NCBI GenBank assembly: GCA_964500505.1
Contig: CAZCNN010000003.1
Coordinates: 176-64,175, forward strand
Length of the DNA stretch: 64,000 nucleotides
Direction: 5' to 3'
Source: an uncultured Bdellovibrionales bacterium
GTDB taxonomy: Bacteria; Patescibacteriota; Minisyncoccia; Moranbacterales; UBA1568
Positions 26,799 to 36,458 of the stretch are shown here, piece by piece. The notes beneath the pieces are model-generated. The model was not told the DNA's origin. It saw only the letters and a list, made by a program, of their open reading frames with translations, and searched no databases. Every line of letters starts with the position of its first letter. Within the stretch, counting starts at the first letter, position 1. A program made the translations under genes and the position numbers.

Positions 26799-26802
26799 CC
26801 AT

Positions 26803-28149
26803 ATGGCTGAGACCAAAAACGATTTGATGGAGAAAATAGTGTCGCTCTGTAAGCGCCGAGGTTTTGTGTTTCCCGGAAGTGATATCTACGGTGGCCTCGC
26901 CAACAGCTGGGACTTTGGTCCTTACGGTTCTCAAATGAAAAAAAACATCCGTGACCATTGGTGGAGATTTTTTGTGGAGAGTCGCGAGGATGTCGTTGGC
27001 ATCGATGCTGCGCTCATCATGAATCCCAAGGTATGGGAAGCGAGCGGACATGTCGGAAATTTCTCGGATCCTCTCGTAGAGTGTAAGCAGTGTCATGCGC
27101 GCTTCCGAGCGGATCATCTTGGTTTTACGGATGGGACTGGTAAGCCGACTGGCAGAACAGATATGAGTTGTCCTGAGTGTGGCAAAAATGACTGGACAGA
27201 AACTCAGCAGTTCAATACGATGCTCAAGACTTTTCTTGGTCCCGCTGAAGAAAGTGCCAACGTGGCATACCTTCGTCCTGAAACTGCCCAAGCGATGTTT
27301 GTGAATTTCGTGCAGGTCCAGCAGACCAGTCGCAAGAAGTTACCGTTTGGTATCGCGCAAAATGGTCGGGCCTTCCGCAATGAGATTACTCCCGGGAATT
27401 TCATTTTTCGGACACGAGAATTTGATCTGATGGAGTTTGAGTATTTCTTTGATCCGAAGAAGTCTAATTGGGAAGAAATTTTTGAGTTTTGGAAGAAAGA
27501 AATGGAGCAGTGGATGAGCGAGGTGGGTATTGATGTCAAGAAGACGCATGCGGTGGATATCCCAGATGGAGAACGGGCCCATTATAGTAAACGGACTATT
27601 GATTTCGAATTTGATTTTCCATTTGGTCAGAAGGAATTATTTGGATTGGCCTATCGCGGAGACTTTGATTTGGAGCAACACGAGAAAGCGAGCGGTCAGG
27701 AACTTCGCTTTATGGATGCGGAGACGAATGAGAAGATTCGTCCACATGTCATCGAACCGGCATTTGGTGCAGATCGTGCGATGCTCGCTATCCTTGCTTC
27801 GGCGTTTGAAGATCAAAAACTGGATGGTGACGATGTTCGGACAGTGCTTCATCTGAAGCCGGTAATTGCCCCAGTGCAAGTTGCTGTGTTTCCACTCATG
27901 AAGAACAAGCCAGAGCTCGTAGAAAAGGCGAGAGAGATATTTGCGACGCTCAAGAAGGACTTCCGCTGTGAGTTTGATGACAATGGTAACGTCGGCAAGC
28001 GTTATCGTCGCCAGGACGAAATCGGGACGCCGTACTGCGTAACGGTCGACTTCGATACCCTCACCGATGGCGCCGTCACCGTCCGCGACCGCGATACGAT
28101 GCAGCAAGAGCGAGTGAAGATTGACGAACTTCATAAGTATCTTTCGTAA
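26803..28149 (+). CDS. glyQS: Glycine--tRNA ligase (homodimeric alpha2 type)
   Basis: LCKRRGF, LRPETAQ, FRNEITP, IEPAFG, GKRYRRQDEIGTP. Confidence 0.97.
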   Translation: MAETKNDLMEKIVSLCKRRGFVFPGSDIYGGLANSWDFGPYGSQMKKNIRDHWWRFFVESREDVVGIDAALIMNPKVWEASGHVGNFSDPLVECKQCHARFRADHLGFTDGTGKPTGRTDMSCPECGKNDWTETQQFNTMLKTFLGPAEESANVAYLRPETAQAMFVNFVQVQQTSRKKLPFGIAQNGRAFRNEITPGNFIFRTREFDLMEFEYFFDPKKSNWEEIFEFWKKEMEQWMSEVGIDVKKTHAVDIPDGERAHYSKRTIDFEFDFPFGQKELFGLAYRGDFDLEQHEKASGQELRFMDAETNEKIRPHVIEPAFGADRAMLAILASAFEDQKLDGDDVRTVLHLKPVIAPVQVAVFPLMKNKPELVEKAREIFATLKKDFRCEFDDNGNVGKRYRRQDEIGTPYCVTVDFDTLTDGAVTVRDRDTMQQERVKIDELHKYLS

Positions 28150-28192
28150 GCCTCTCCAAGATTCTAGATTCAAGATTCTAAATTCTATCCAC

Positions 28193-29464
28193 ATGAAATA
28201 CCAGAAACACACCCTGAAGAATGGACTCCGGATTTTGCTCGCGCCGATGCAAGAGACCCAGACGGCGACAGTGATCGTCATGACCGGGGTAGGGTCACGC
28301 TATGAGACGCGGGCTGAGAATGGTCTGGCGCATTTCCTCGAGCACATGTTCTTCAAGGGGACAGCCAAGCGTCCGACGGCGATGGATATCTCTAAGGAAC
28401 TCGATGCCATCGGCGCCGAGTACAATGCCTATACCGGCAAAGATCGCACCGCCTACTATGCCAAAGTCGAGGCTCATCACTGGGACACAGCACTGGATGT
28501 GGTCAGTGATCTGTTTCTCAATGCCAAGATTGAGCAAGAAGAAATCGACCGTGAGCGCGGACCAGTTCTCCAAGAGCTCAATATGTACGAGGATATGCCC
28601 ATGCGCCATATCGGTGACCTCTGGGAGCTCCACCTCTATGGGGATACGCCGCTTGGCTGGGAGATCATCGGCCCCAAGGAAAACCTCAAGCGGTTTCAGA
28701 GGCGTGACTTTATCAAGTACCTCAATCGTGGTTATGTCGCCGAAAACGTGGTGATTGGCGTCGCTGGCAAGATTGATCCCAAGGTGGTGAAGAAAGAAAT
28801 CGAAAAGCACTTTGCGGGTATCAGAACCGGCAAGAAACCCGTGTTCAAGAAAAACACTAAGAAGCAGTCAGTCCCCGAGGTCTACGTCCAGAACAAGAAA
28901 ACTGACCAGACTCAGCTCATCCTCGGCGTCCGGTCGTACGATATGTATCACCCGGACCGCTATGTGCTCGCAGTCCTCTCGACCCTCCTCGGGGGCGGGA
29001 TGTCGAGCCGACTCTTTATGGCGGTGCGGGAACGGCGCGGACTGGCCTATAATGTCCACACCATGACCGAGAGCTATCATGACGCTGGCTATCTCGCTAC
29101 CCAGGCAGGAGTGGAGCACGAGAACCTGGAGCAGACTATCACGGTCATCCTCGATGAGTACCGGAAAATCGCGACCGAAAAAGTGGATACGGAGGAACTC
29201 AAGAAAGCCAAAGAATATATCAAGGGCAAGCTCGCTATGGGCCTCGAGGGCTCGGACGACGTGGTGGAGTATCTCGTCAGTCAGGAGACCATCCGCGGTG
29301 AGATCACCCTCCCCGAAGAAAAGCGGAAGCACATTGATCGTGTGACGGCCGACGACATTCTCCGCGTGGCTCAGGATATCTTCGTAAATAAGAAGTTGAA
29401 CTTGGCAGTAATAGGACCAAAGGCATCCGAAGCTAAGCTTCGGAGAATGTTGAATGTTGAATGA
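28193..29464 (+). CDS. M16 (pitrilysin) family peptidase
   Basis: HFLEHMFFKGT (HxxEH) and GGGMSSRLF motifs. Confidence 0.95.
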   Translation: MKYQKHTLKNGLRILLAPMQETQTATVIVMTGVGSRYETRAENGLAHFLEHMFFKGTAKRPTAMDISKELDAIGAEYNAYTGKDRTAYYAKVEAHHWDTALDVVSDLFLNAKIEQEEIDRERGPVLQELNMYEDMPMRHIGDLWELHLYGDTPLGWEIIGPKENLKRFQRRDFIKYLNRGYVAENVVIGVAGKIDPKVVKKEIEKHFAGIRTGKKPVFKKNTKKQSVPEVYVQNKKTDQTQLILGVRSYDMYHPDRYVLAVLSTLLGGGMSSRLFMAVRERRGLAYNVHTMTESYHDAGYLATQAGVEHENLEQTITVILDEYRKIATEKVDTEELKKAKEYIKGKLAMGLEGSDDVVEYLVSQETIRGEITLPEEKRKHIDRVTADDILRVAQDIFVNKKLNLAVIGPKASEAKLRRMLNVE

Positions 29465-29521
29465 AGATGTCGATTCAACAGTGGATGTAGCCTATATTCA
29501 AAATTCTACATTCTAAATTCA
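29444..29521. repeat. Inverted heptamer array pair (GAATGT / ATTCT family)
   Basis: agaatgt tgaatgt tgaatga ... atattca aaattct acattct aaattca; overlaps the peptidase stop. Confidence 0.85.
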
Positions 29522-29529
29522 TCACACAT

Positions 29530-30561
29530 ATGACTGTAAACGAACACGTCGAAGTAGGGACGAGGGTGCTCATTCGAGCCGCACTTCTCTTGGCAGTGGC
29601 CTATGTCCTCTATCTCCTCCGAGATGTGGTCGTCTTGGTGCTCCTTGCTGTGCTCACGTCTGCGGCCCTGGTCCCGGCAATCGCCCGACTTCAGAAATTT
29701 GGCCTGTCTCGGACGGCCTCGGTCGTCATCTCGTACTCGCTCCTCTTTTTTGCAGGAGTACTCCTTTTGGCAGTGTTCTTCCCGCTCTTTTTCTCGGAAA
29801 TTAAACAGTTTCTCTTGAATTGGCCGGAGTATGCCAAGCGCCTTGATAGCTTTATGAGTGGACTCCAGAGCTATGCCCAAAGTATTGGAGTCGAGTTCCG
29901 TCAGGATGAGTTCTCGCAGAATATCGAGGGCAACATCTCGCAGTGGTTTACTCAGATTTTCTCGACCACTCTCGATCTTTTCCAGAGCTTTATCCACTTC
30001 ATTGGATACTTCTTCCTCGCTCTCTATCTGTCACTTGAAGAAAAGGGTATCGAAAAATTTTTCCTCCTCATGACTCCCAAGGAGTATCATGCTCAGGCTC
30101 TCTCGATTGCTAGTCGCATGCAGGGCAAGGTCAGTCAGTGGCTCTTTGGTCAGATGCTCCTCATGCTCATCGCGTTCGGAATTTACTACATCGGACTTTC
30201 ACTCCTCGGTGTGCCGTATGCGCTCGCCATCGCTCTCTTCGGGGGGCTGATGGAGATCCTCCCGTATGTCGGCCCAGTCCTCGCTGCCGTCCCAGCCATT
30301 GTCATCGGGCTCCTCTCTTCACCAGTCCTCGGTGCCTCGGCCCTCGCCTTTTATATCGTGGCCCATCAGGTAGAAGCTCATATCGTCGCCCCTCAGGTGA
30401 TGAAGCACTCGGCTGGTCTCAATCCGGTGGCTCTTATCGTCGCTATCCTCATTGGGCTCGAGCTCGGTGGTCCAATCGGTATCATCCTCGCGGTGCCTAT
30501 CACGATGATCCTCTCGGTGTTCGTGGAAGACCTCCTCCTCAAGAAAAGCAATCAGGCCTAA
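29530..30561 (+). CDS. AI-2E family transporter
   Basis: Polytopic; LPYVGP, E...P.VM....LNP and G..G..LAVP motifs. Confidence 0.9.
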   Translation: MTVNEHVEVGTRVLIRAALLLAVAYVLYLLRDVVVLVLLAVLTSAALVPAIARLQKFGLSRTASVVISYSLLFFAGVLLLAVFFPLFFSEIKQFLLNWPEYAKRLDSFMSGLQSYAQSIGVEFRQDEFSQNIEGNISQWFTQIFSTTLDLFQSFIHFIGYFFLALYLSLEEKGIEKFFLLMTPKEYHAQALSIASRMQGKVSQWLFGQMLLMLIAFGIYYIGLSLLGVPYALAIALFGGLMEILPYVGPVLAAVPAIVIGLLSSPVLGASALAFYIVAHQVEAHIVAPQVMKHSAGLNPVALIVAILIGLELGGPIGIILAVPITMILSVFVEDLLLKKSNQA

Positions 30562-30565
30562 TACT

Positions 30566-31252
30566 ATGGATGCTGGAATTTTGTACATCGTCGCGACTCC
30601 TATCGGCAACCTCGGCGATATCACCCTCCGCGCCTTGGAGACACTCAAGAGCGTAGATACGGTGCTTTCCGAAGATACGCGCGTGACTGGGAATCTCCTC
30701 CGGCACTTTGAAATCTCAAAGCCCCTCGTTTCGTTTCATGAGCACACCGAGACTGACAAAGCCGGCAAGCTCATCGCCCGGATGCTCGCGGGTGAGAGTA
30801 TGGCCCTCGTGACGGACGCTGGCACTCCAGGGATATCTGATCCCGGGAATGTCCTGGTAGCCTTGGCGATCGAGTCAGGTGTCCGAGTGGTGCCGATACC
30901 GGGAGCGAATGCTCTCGGGGCCATCGTCAGTGTAGCGGGGATTGATATGCGGGAGTTTGCGTTCCTCGGGTTTCCGCCTCACAAGAAAGGTCGGGAGACA
31001 TTCTTCCGGGGTGTGGCCGAGACTACGATGCCGGTCATCTATTATGAGTCTCCTCACCGGGTGATCAAGAACCTCGAGCTCCTGATGGAACTCGGTCCCA
31101 ACAAAAAACTCGTCCTAGGACGAGAGCTAACCAAAATATTTGAAGAAGTGGTGCGCGGGAGCGTCAGTGAAGTAAAGAGGTATCTTGAGAGTAAAGCAGG
31201 GAAAATGAAGGGGGAGTTTACGATAGTAGCGTATGAAGAAAGAAGAATGTAG
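30566..31252 (+). CDS. rsmI: 16S rRNA (cytidine1402-2'-O)-methyltransferase
   Basis: LYIVATPIGNL.DIT, EDTR, DAGTPGISDPG, YESPHR, RELTK. Confidence 0.96.
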   Translation: MDAGILYIVATPIGNLGDITLRALETLKSVDTVLSEDTRVTGNLLRHFEISKPLVSFHEHTETDKAGKLIARMLAGESMALVTDAGTPGISDPGNVLVALAIESGVRVVPIPGANALGAIVSVAGIDMREFAFLGFPPHKKGRETFFRGVAETTMPVIYYESPHRVIKNLELLMELGPNKKLVLGRELTKIFEEVVRGSVSEVKRYLESKAGKMKGEFTIVAYEERRM

Positions 31253-31323
31253 AATGTGGAATGTCGGACAGAACGTTTAAAAATGACGCGGACCCGACTG
31301 CGTTTGCAATCAGGTCCGGGGGC

Positions 31324-31653
31324 CTAGCGGGGAGTCAGCCACTCCCGTACGCCGGGGCTGAACTGGCCGGCCAGCAGAAGGGCGGTGGAGCCAGCGATGA
31401 TGACCAGCATCACTCCGAGGGCGATAGTGGCCGTACGCGAGTGAATCGCGCGGTCGACCAGGTTGGAAAACCTGGTCCAGCCTTGGAGGATGGCTCGTCC
31501 AACGGCCCGATCAGTCTTGCTCCAGACACTGGAGCCAGCCAACCAGACAGTCAGCTGGACGGTCCAGGTAAATAGCTGGACAAAAGCAAGTCCGATGACC
31601 AGGATGGCCCATTCAGGACCGGAGAATTCCTCTTCGATGATGGGGGCGTCCAT
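31324..31653 (-). CDS. Small hypothetical membrane protein
   Basis: Two hydrophobic segments, AGGAGG SD and its own promoter. Confidence 0.6.
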   Translation of the reverse strand: MDAPIIEEEFSGPEWAILVIGLAFVQLFTWTVQLTVWLAGSSVWSKTDRAVGRAILQGWTRFSNLVDRAIHSRTATIALGVMLVIIAGSTALLLAGQFSPGVREWLTPR

Positions 31654-31704
31654 GGGACCTCCTGTTGGGGGGGAACTGACAGCACCGGCGGCACTGTTCA
31701 ATGC

Positions 31705-31733
31705 AGTATACACCATAAATCCAGTTTTGTCAA
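31705..31733 (-). promoter_or_regulatory. Sigma70 promoter
   Basis: TTGACA-17-TATACT. Confidence 0.75.
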
Positions 31734-31754
31734 TAATAATCACTAAAAAATGCC

Positions 31755-33185
31755 ATGAACAAGCCATTTTTTATCACTACGGCTATCGACTATGTGAACG
31801 CGGCGCCCCATGTCGGCCATGCCGTCGAGAAGGTATTGACCGACGTCGTGGCTCGCTATGCCCGCCAGTCACGTCCGACCTACTTCCTTACTGGTTCGGA
31901 CGAGAATAGCCTCAAAAACGTCCAGGCAGCGGAAAAGGCTGGCCGTGAGACGGCTGAGTTTGTAGCCGAAAATGCCGAGGCATTCAAGGCACTGGCTCAG
32001 TCGCTCGATCTTTCATTTGATCAGTTCATTCGGACGACCGAAGAGCGTCACTTTGTTGGGGCTCAAAAGATGTGGTCCGCTTTCAAACCCGAGGACGTGT
32101 ACAAGAAAACATACCGCGGGCTCTACTGTGTCGGCTGTGAAGAATTCAAAAATGAAAAAGACTTGGTGGACGGCAAGTGTCCCGACCATCTGAAGGAACC
32201 AGAAGTCGTTGAAGAAGAGAACTGGTTCTTCAAATTGTCGAACTATGGCGACCGACTCCTCGCCTTGATCGAGAGTGGTGACCTCGCGATCTATCCTGAC
32301 TACCGCAAGAACGAAGTCCTCTCATTTATCAACATGGGACTCGAGGACTTCTCTATCTCGCGCTCGGTGGCTCGCGCTCGGAACTGGGGCGTGCCTGTCC
32401 CAGGGGATGAGTCGCAGATCATGTATGTGTGGGTAGACGCGCTCTCGAACTACATCACGGCGCTGGATTACGCCACAGGCGGGGATTTGTATCAGCAATT
32501 TTGGGCAAATGGGGGGGATAGGGTCCATGTCATCGGCAAGGGCATCCTTCGTTTCCATGCTATCTACTGGCCGGCGATGCTCCTCTCGGCCAACCTCCCA
32601 CTCCCGACCACTATCTACGCCCATGAATACTTGACCATCAATGGTCAGAAAATGTCCAAGTCCCTGGGGAATGTCATCTATCCGAGTGACCTGGTCGCGA
32701 AATACGGTATCGATGGGACGCGCTATCTCCTCCTCACCGCGCTCCCGTATACTCGCGATGGTGATCTGTCATGGGACAAGATGACTGAGAAGTACAATGC
32801 GGACCTCGCCAATGGCCTGGGGAACCTGGTCTCACGTATCGTGAAGCTCAGCGAGAAACTCACGACCGAAGAGGCGAAGCAGATTGAAGTATCCGAAGAG
32901 GGGGTGTCGGGTGCACTCGCACCATTCTTTGCCAAGTTTGATCTCTCGAGTGCCCTCGTCCATATCTGGACCAGCGTCCAGATGCTCAATGAATACCTCG
33001 GCAAAGAAGAACCATGGAAACTTGAGCCGGACACGGAGAAGTTTGTCGAAGTGATGAAGTATGCCAGGCACCAGCTCGCCCAGATCAGTGCTGAGGTGCG
33101 TCCATTTCTCCCCGGGACGTCAGACAAGATAGCGACTGCTCTCGTGACAGGCAAAGTCGAGCCGCTCTTTCAACGAATTGTATGA
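31755..33185 (+). CDS. metG: Methionine--tRNA ligase (short form)
   Basis: ITTAIDYVN..PHVGH, YVWVDAL, GKGILRFH, KMSKS. Confidence 0.97.
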   Translation: MNKPFFITTAIDYVNAAPHVGHAVEKVLTDVVARYARQSRPTYFLTGSDENSLKNVQAAEKAGRETAEFVAENAEAFKALAQSLDLSFDQFIRTTEERHFVGAQKMWSAFKPEDVYKKTYRGLYCVGCEEFKNEKDLVDGKCPDHLKEPEVVEEENWFFKLSNYGDRLLALIESGDLAIYPDYRKNEVLSFINMGLEDFSISRSVARARNWGVPVPGDESQIMYVWVDALSNYITALDYATGGDLYQQFWANGGDRVHVIGKGILRFHAIYWPAMLLSANLPLPTTIYAHEYLTINGQKMSKSLGNVIYPSDLVAKYGIDGTRYLLLTALPYTRDGDLSWDKMTEKYNADLANGLGNLVSRIVKLSEKLTTEEAKQIEVSEEGVSGALAPFFAKFDLSSALVHIWTSVQMLNEYLGKEEPWKLEPDTEKFVEVMKYARHQLAQISAEVRPFLPGTSDKIATALVTGKVEPLFQRIV

Positions 33186-33727
33186 AGCTCTCAAAGGAAA
33201 ATTTTGCTTTCGGCGTCCAAGTAGTCATCAAGCAGGGGAACCAGGTATTGCTCACCAAGCGTGAGGATTTTGAGGTCTGGTGTTTGCCTGGAGGGAGTCT
33301 CAATTCACATGAGACGTTTGTTGAGGCAGCGGTCCGCGAAGTTCGTGAAGAAACAGGATTGGAAGTGCGAGTCACCCGTTTGATTGGCGTCTATTCGCGA
33401 CCAAATGAAAATTGCTACAATATGGCGTTTGAGGCAGAGATCGTGAGTGGTACACTTCAGACCTCGAGAGAAGTTATTGAGCTAGACTTTTTTGATCCGA
33501 TGACCTTGCCGGATTACACCATTCACTTTTACCAGAGGATGATAGCGGATGCATTTAGTGGTACAGAGGCGCCGACTGCGTGGAAACTTATTACCCCTGC
33601 GCCATTCGGAGCCATGCATTACCTAGAGCTCTATGCTTTGCGGGATGCTTCGGGTTTGTCGCGCAAGGATTTCTATATGAAACACTTTGGCAATTCGGAT
33701 GAGTACCAAGAGATTCGAGAAGTCTAG
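33182..33727 (+). CDS. NUDIX hydrolase
   Basis: PGG.....ET...AAVREVREETGL Nudix box. Confidence 0.92.
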   Translation: MKLSKENFAFGVQVVIKQGNQVLLTKREDFEVWCLPGGSLNSHETFVEAAVREVREETGLEVRVTRLIGVYSRPNENCYNMAFEAEIVSGTLQTSREVIELDFFDPMTLPDYTIHFYQRMIADAFSGTEAPTAWKLITPAPFGAMHYLELYALRDASGLSRKDFYMKHFGNSDEYQEIREV

Positions 33728-33786
33728 GTGGTAGAAAATGAAAAACGACCGTGGTTCCGGTCGTGAGTGGGTGACACGAGGCTGAC

Positions 33787-33927
33787 TTAGCGCCACATGC
33801 CGGCGAGAGTCTCGCCAATCTCCTGCCAGTAGAACGTTGGGGCAATCAGGCCGACAGCGATGAGCACGACGGAACCCAACAGAAAGTGCAGAATGGCCTT
33901 GGCTCCAAACCTGAGAATTTCTTCCAT
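33787..33927 (-). CDS. Small membrane protein (46 aa)
   Basis: MEEILRFGAKAILHFLLGSVVLIAVGLIAPTFYWQEIGETLAGMWR with a GGAG SD; below the track cutoff. Confidence 0.55.
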   Translation of the reverse strand: MEEILRFGAKAILHFLLGSVVLIAVGLIAPTFYWQEIGETLAGMWR

Positions 33928-34033
33928 GGGTACTCCCATATGGTTGGTGCCGACATCCTAGCAGAGAAGTATTGTCACCGCAACCCTTTCCCATAAGCCA
34001 ATCCGCCAGATGGCGGACTATAAGCTATCAGCT

Positions 34034-34939
34034 ATGCATGACATCCACACTCACCTCTACTGGCAATCGTACGACACGGATCGGGACGAGGTGGTTCGGC
34101 GTGCCCGCGAGGCCGGGGTGGACAAGATGCTCGTCATCGGCTGTACGGTAGAGGAGAGTCGGCAGGCGATCACGGTGGCAGAGCAGTACCCACAGGTATA
34201 TGCTTCTGTTGGTATCCACCCAAGCTTTTTTAACGAACTGGTTGAAAAATCACCAACGACCAAAATCCAAGATACAAATAATCACCAATCACCAATATCC
34301 AATCTCAAAGGGCTCACGAGTGAGCTACGGGAAATGGCCAAGCACGAGAAAGTAGTGGCGATAGGGGAGTGCGGGTTGGAATATTACGCACATAACTCGG
34401 AACAACCCATTACTGAAGCGCAGAAAGCTGCTCAAAAAGCAGGATTATTGGCTCAGATAGCCCTGGCTGAAGAGCTAGAGCTCCCGATGATCCTTCATTG
34501 TCGTGCCTCTACCGGCAGTGCTGATGCCTACGAGGACCTCTTCGAAATCCTTAGTAATCAACATTCTATATTCGATATTCAACATTCTTCCTGTATCCTC
34601 CACTGCTACATGGGCGATACCGAGGTGACGGAGAGGTTCCTGTCTCTCCCCAATGTTTACTTCTCCTTTACCGGCAACATCACCTATCCGGTGAAGCAGG
34701 TCGTTGTGGGGACGAGGGATGATTTGACCGAAACAGTGAAGATGATTCCGCTTGAGCGGATATTTACCGAGACGGATTGTCCATTTCTCACCCCCCAGTC
34801 CCATCGAGGGGAGCGGAACGAGCCGGCCTATGTGGCCGAGGTACTCGAGTGTATTGCCAGGCTCCACGGGGTCGAGCCAAAAGTGGTCGAACAGTTGACA
34901 GAATCAAATTTCAAAAAGGTCTTTCCCATGGTACAATAG
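34034..34939 (+). CDS. tatD: TatD family hydrolase
   Basis: DIHTH, GIHP, IGECGL, LHCR, HCY, ETDCP motifs; two heptamer-derived inserts. Confidence 0.93.
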   Translation: MHDIHTHLYWQSYDTDRDEVVRRAREAGVDKMLVIGCTVEESRQAITVAEQYPQVYASVGIHPSFFNELVEKSPTTKIQDTNNHQSPISNLKGLTSELREMAKHEKVVAIGECGLEYYAHNSEQPITEAQKAAQKAGLLAQIALAEELELPMILHCRASTGSADAYEDLFEILSNQHSIFDIQHSSCILHCYMGDTEVTERFLSLPNVYFSFTGNITYPVKQVVVGTRDDLTETVKMIPLERIFTETDCPFLTPQSHRGERNEPAYVAEVLECIARLHGVEPKVVEQLTESNFKKVFPMVQ

Positions 34940-34966
34940 GGGCACAAACAAGCCTCAATTGTTACC

Positions 34967-34995
34967 TTGACTTTTACACTAAAAAGGTGTATAAT
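34967..34995 (+). promoter_or_regulatory. Sigma70 promoter
   Basis: TTGACT-17-TATAAT upstream of 35031. Confidence 0.8.
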
Positions 34996-35030
34996 AACAA
35001 GAAGTATTAAGTCTATCTTTCTATAAATCT

Positions 35031-35531
35031 ATGAGCGAGACTGAACTATTAGAACGACAAGGGGTTAAGAAGTCAGTAGATGCAGGTGTTGCGGATGCCT
35101 TACTCCAAGGCCAGCAAGTAGGTGTGGCCGAAGCGAGAGCAAAGCGTGAGGAACAAGAGGCGCGAGAGCGCGCCGAGGTACAGGAGAAACTGGAGTCGTT
35201 TCCGGAAGTAGTTGAGCGAATAAATAAAGAAATCGCACAGGTCAAAGTTGACTTGTTAGATCTCAAGAAGAGAGGCGAGGCTCTTAAGGATCAGATTGAG
35301 AGTAATAATGATCGAATGACTGGTATGAGGGCAGCTCTTGAGAAGCTCGGGAAAAATAAGATTGACTCTCAGGTGGTTGAAGAACACACGAAAACACAAG
35401 AAGCTTTGACTGCGGAGGCTTGGAAGATTAAGGCTGGTTTTGATGCCAAAAGAAAACAATTTGAAGCATTAAGCCAAGAGTTGGCGGATGCTAAGGCTTT
35501 TCAAGAAGCAGTAGAGGGCTCAGGTCAATAA
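35031..35531 (+). CDS. Hypothetical coiled-coil protein
   Basis: E/K/Q/A-rich helical sequence; no recognisable family. Confidence 0.7.
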   Translation: MSETELLERQGVKKSVDAGVADALLQGQQVGVAEARAKREEQEARERAEVQEKLESFPEVVERINKEIAQVKVDLLDLKKRGEALKDQIESNNDRMTGMRAALEKLGKNKIDSQVVEEHTKTQEALTAEAWKIKAGFDAKRKQFEALSQELADAKAFQEAVEGSGQ

Positions 35532-35574
35532 TTGATTAAAAATGTTCCCTCAATAATTATTCACACGCAGAACT

Positions 35575-36261
35575 ATGAATCACGCTGAGCAGGCATTTTT
35601 GAAGCCATCAGTAGCGAAACCAACCGAAAAATCTCTCAAGGATGCTACGCTTGTGGCTCTTTCTCTCGAGAAACAGGCAGCGGTAACTGGTGGGCTCTCG
35701 GATAATCAGAAGGATGCCATTGTAAAGAGGCTCGCCGAACAGAATAGGGCGGGTCTGTACGCAGAGGCAAATGGAGGCGATGTGATTGATACAGATTTTG
35801 ATTCATTGTCGGACGAAGAAAAGTTGGCCCAGTTCGATATGGCCAGCGCGGTTTTTCAGGAAGTAGTAGTACCAACGAGTCTTGAGACTAAACAGGCGGG
35901 AGATGAGCAAGTATTAAATCAAATGAATCGTGCGCAGGAGATTTTGAACTTGGATCCGGAAAAACTGAAGTTCGCAAGGGATACCATCCGAACCTATCGT
36001 GAAAAAATAGTCACGGCAGAGGCTGCCGCGCAGAAATCTTTTGAGCGGATACAGCAATTGCAAGCACAGCATGCTCAGGCTGTAGAAAGTAACAGTCCAG
36101 ATGCAGGAAAGATCGATGCACAACTCTCAGCTGAAATCATCAATAACGAGGCATTAGACGCAGCAGTGAGGCGACATGAAACATTTGTTGCTGCGGCTGA
36201 AGTTGCATTTGAAAAGGCATTTAATATCCCGTCTGGAAGCACGACCAAAGAAAAGGCGTAA
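35575..36261 (+). CDS. Hypothetical helical/coiled-coil protein
   Basis: A/E/Q-rich; likely co-transcribed with 35031. Confidence 0.7.
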   Translation: MNHAEQAFLKPSVAKPTEKSLKDATLVALSLEKQAAVTGGLSDNQKDAIVKRLAEQNRAGLYAEANGGDVIDTDFDSLSDEEKLAQFDMASAVFQEVVVPTSLETKQAGDEQVLNQMNRAQEILNLDPEKLKFARDTIRTYREKIVTAEAAAQKSFERIQQLQAQHAQAVESNSPDAGKIDAQLSAEIINNEALDAAVRRHETFVAAAEVAFEKAFNIPSGSTTKEKA

Positions 36262-36286
36262 AATTTTTGAAATTTTCAGGGTTTGA

Positions 36287-36394
36287 CCCCGCACCTTTCT
36301 TTGGGAAAATACGCTCTATTTCGAACTTGAGCCAATAGGCGACTGCGTCTTGTGGCGTGACTTGAACAGAGACTTCCTTGGAAAAAGTGCGGGG
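36287..36394. mobile_element. CCCCGCAC...GTGCGGGG MITE-like element
   Basis: Terminal inverted repeats flanked by TTTGA direct repeats (36282-36286, 36395-36399). Confidence 0.7.
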
Positions 36395-36395
36395 T

Positions 36396-36424
36396 TTGAC
36401 CTTTCGGAATTTCACTGATACAAT
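36396..36424 (+). promoter_or_regulatory. atp operon sigma70 promoter
   Basis: TTGACC-17-TACAAT with an extended -10 TG. Confidence 0.75.
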
Positions 36425-36458
36425 AGGGGCGCTGTAAAGCGCCTTTTTTGTTATCAAA

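Noticed and set aside
26473-26802. N-terminal extensions in the track for glyQS (also PAS-sigma, parA, folD, tgt)
   Set aside because: They are upstream in-frame starts overlapping other features; homology begins at the downstream ATGs used here.
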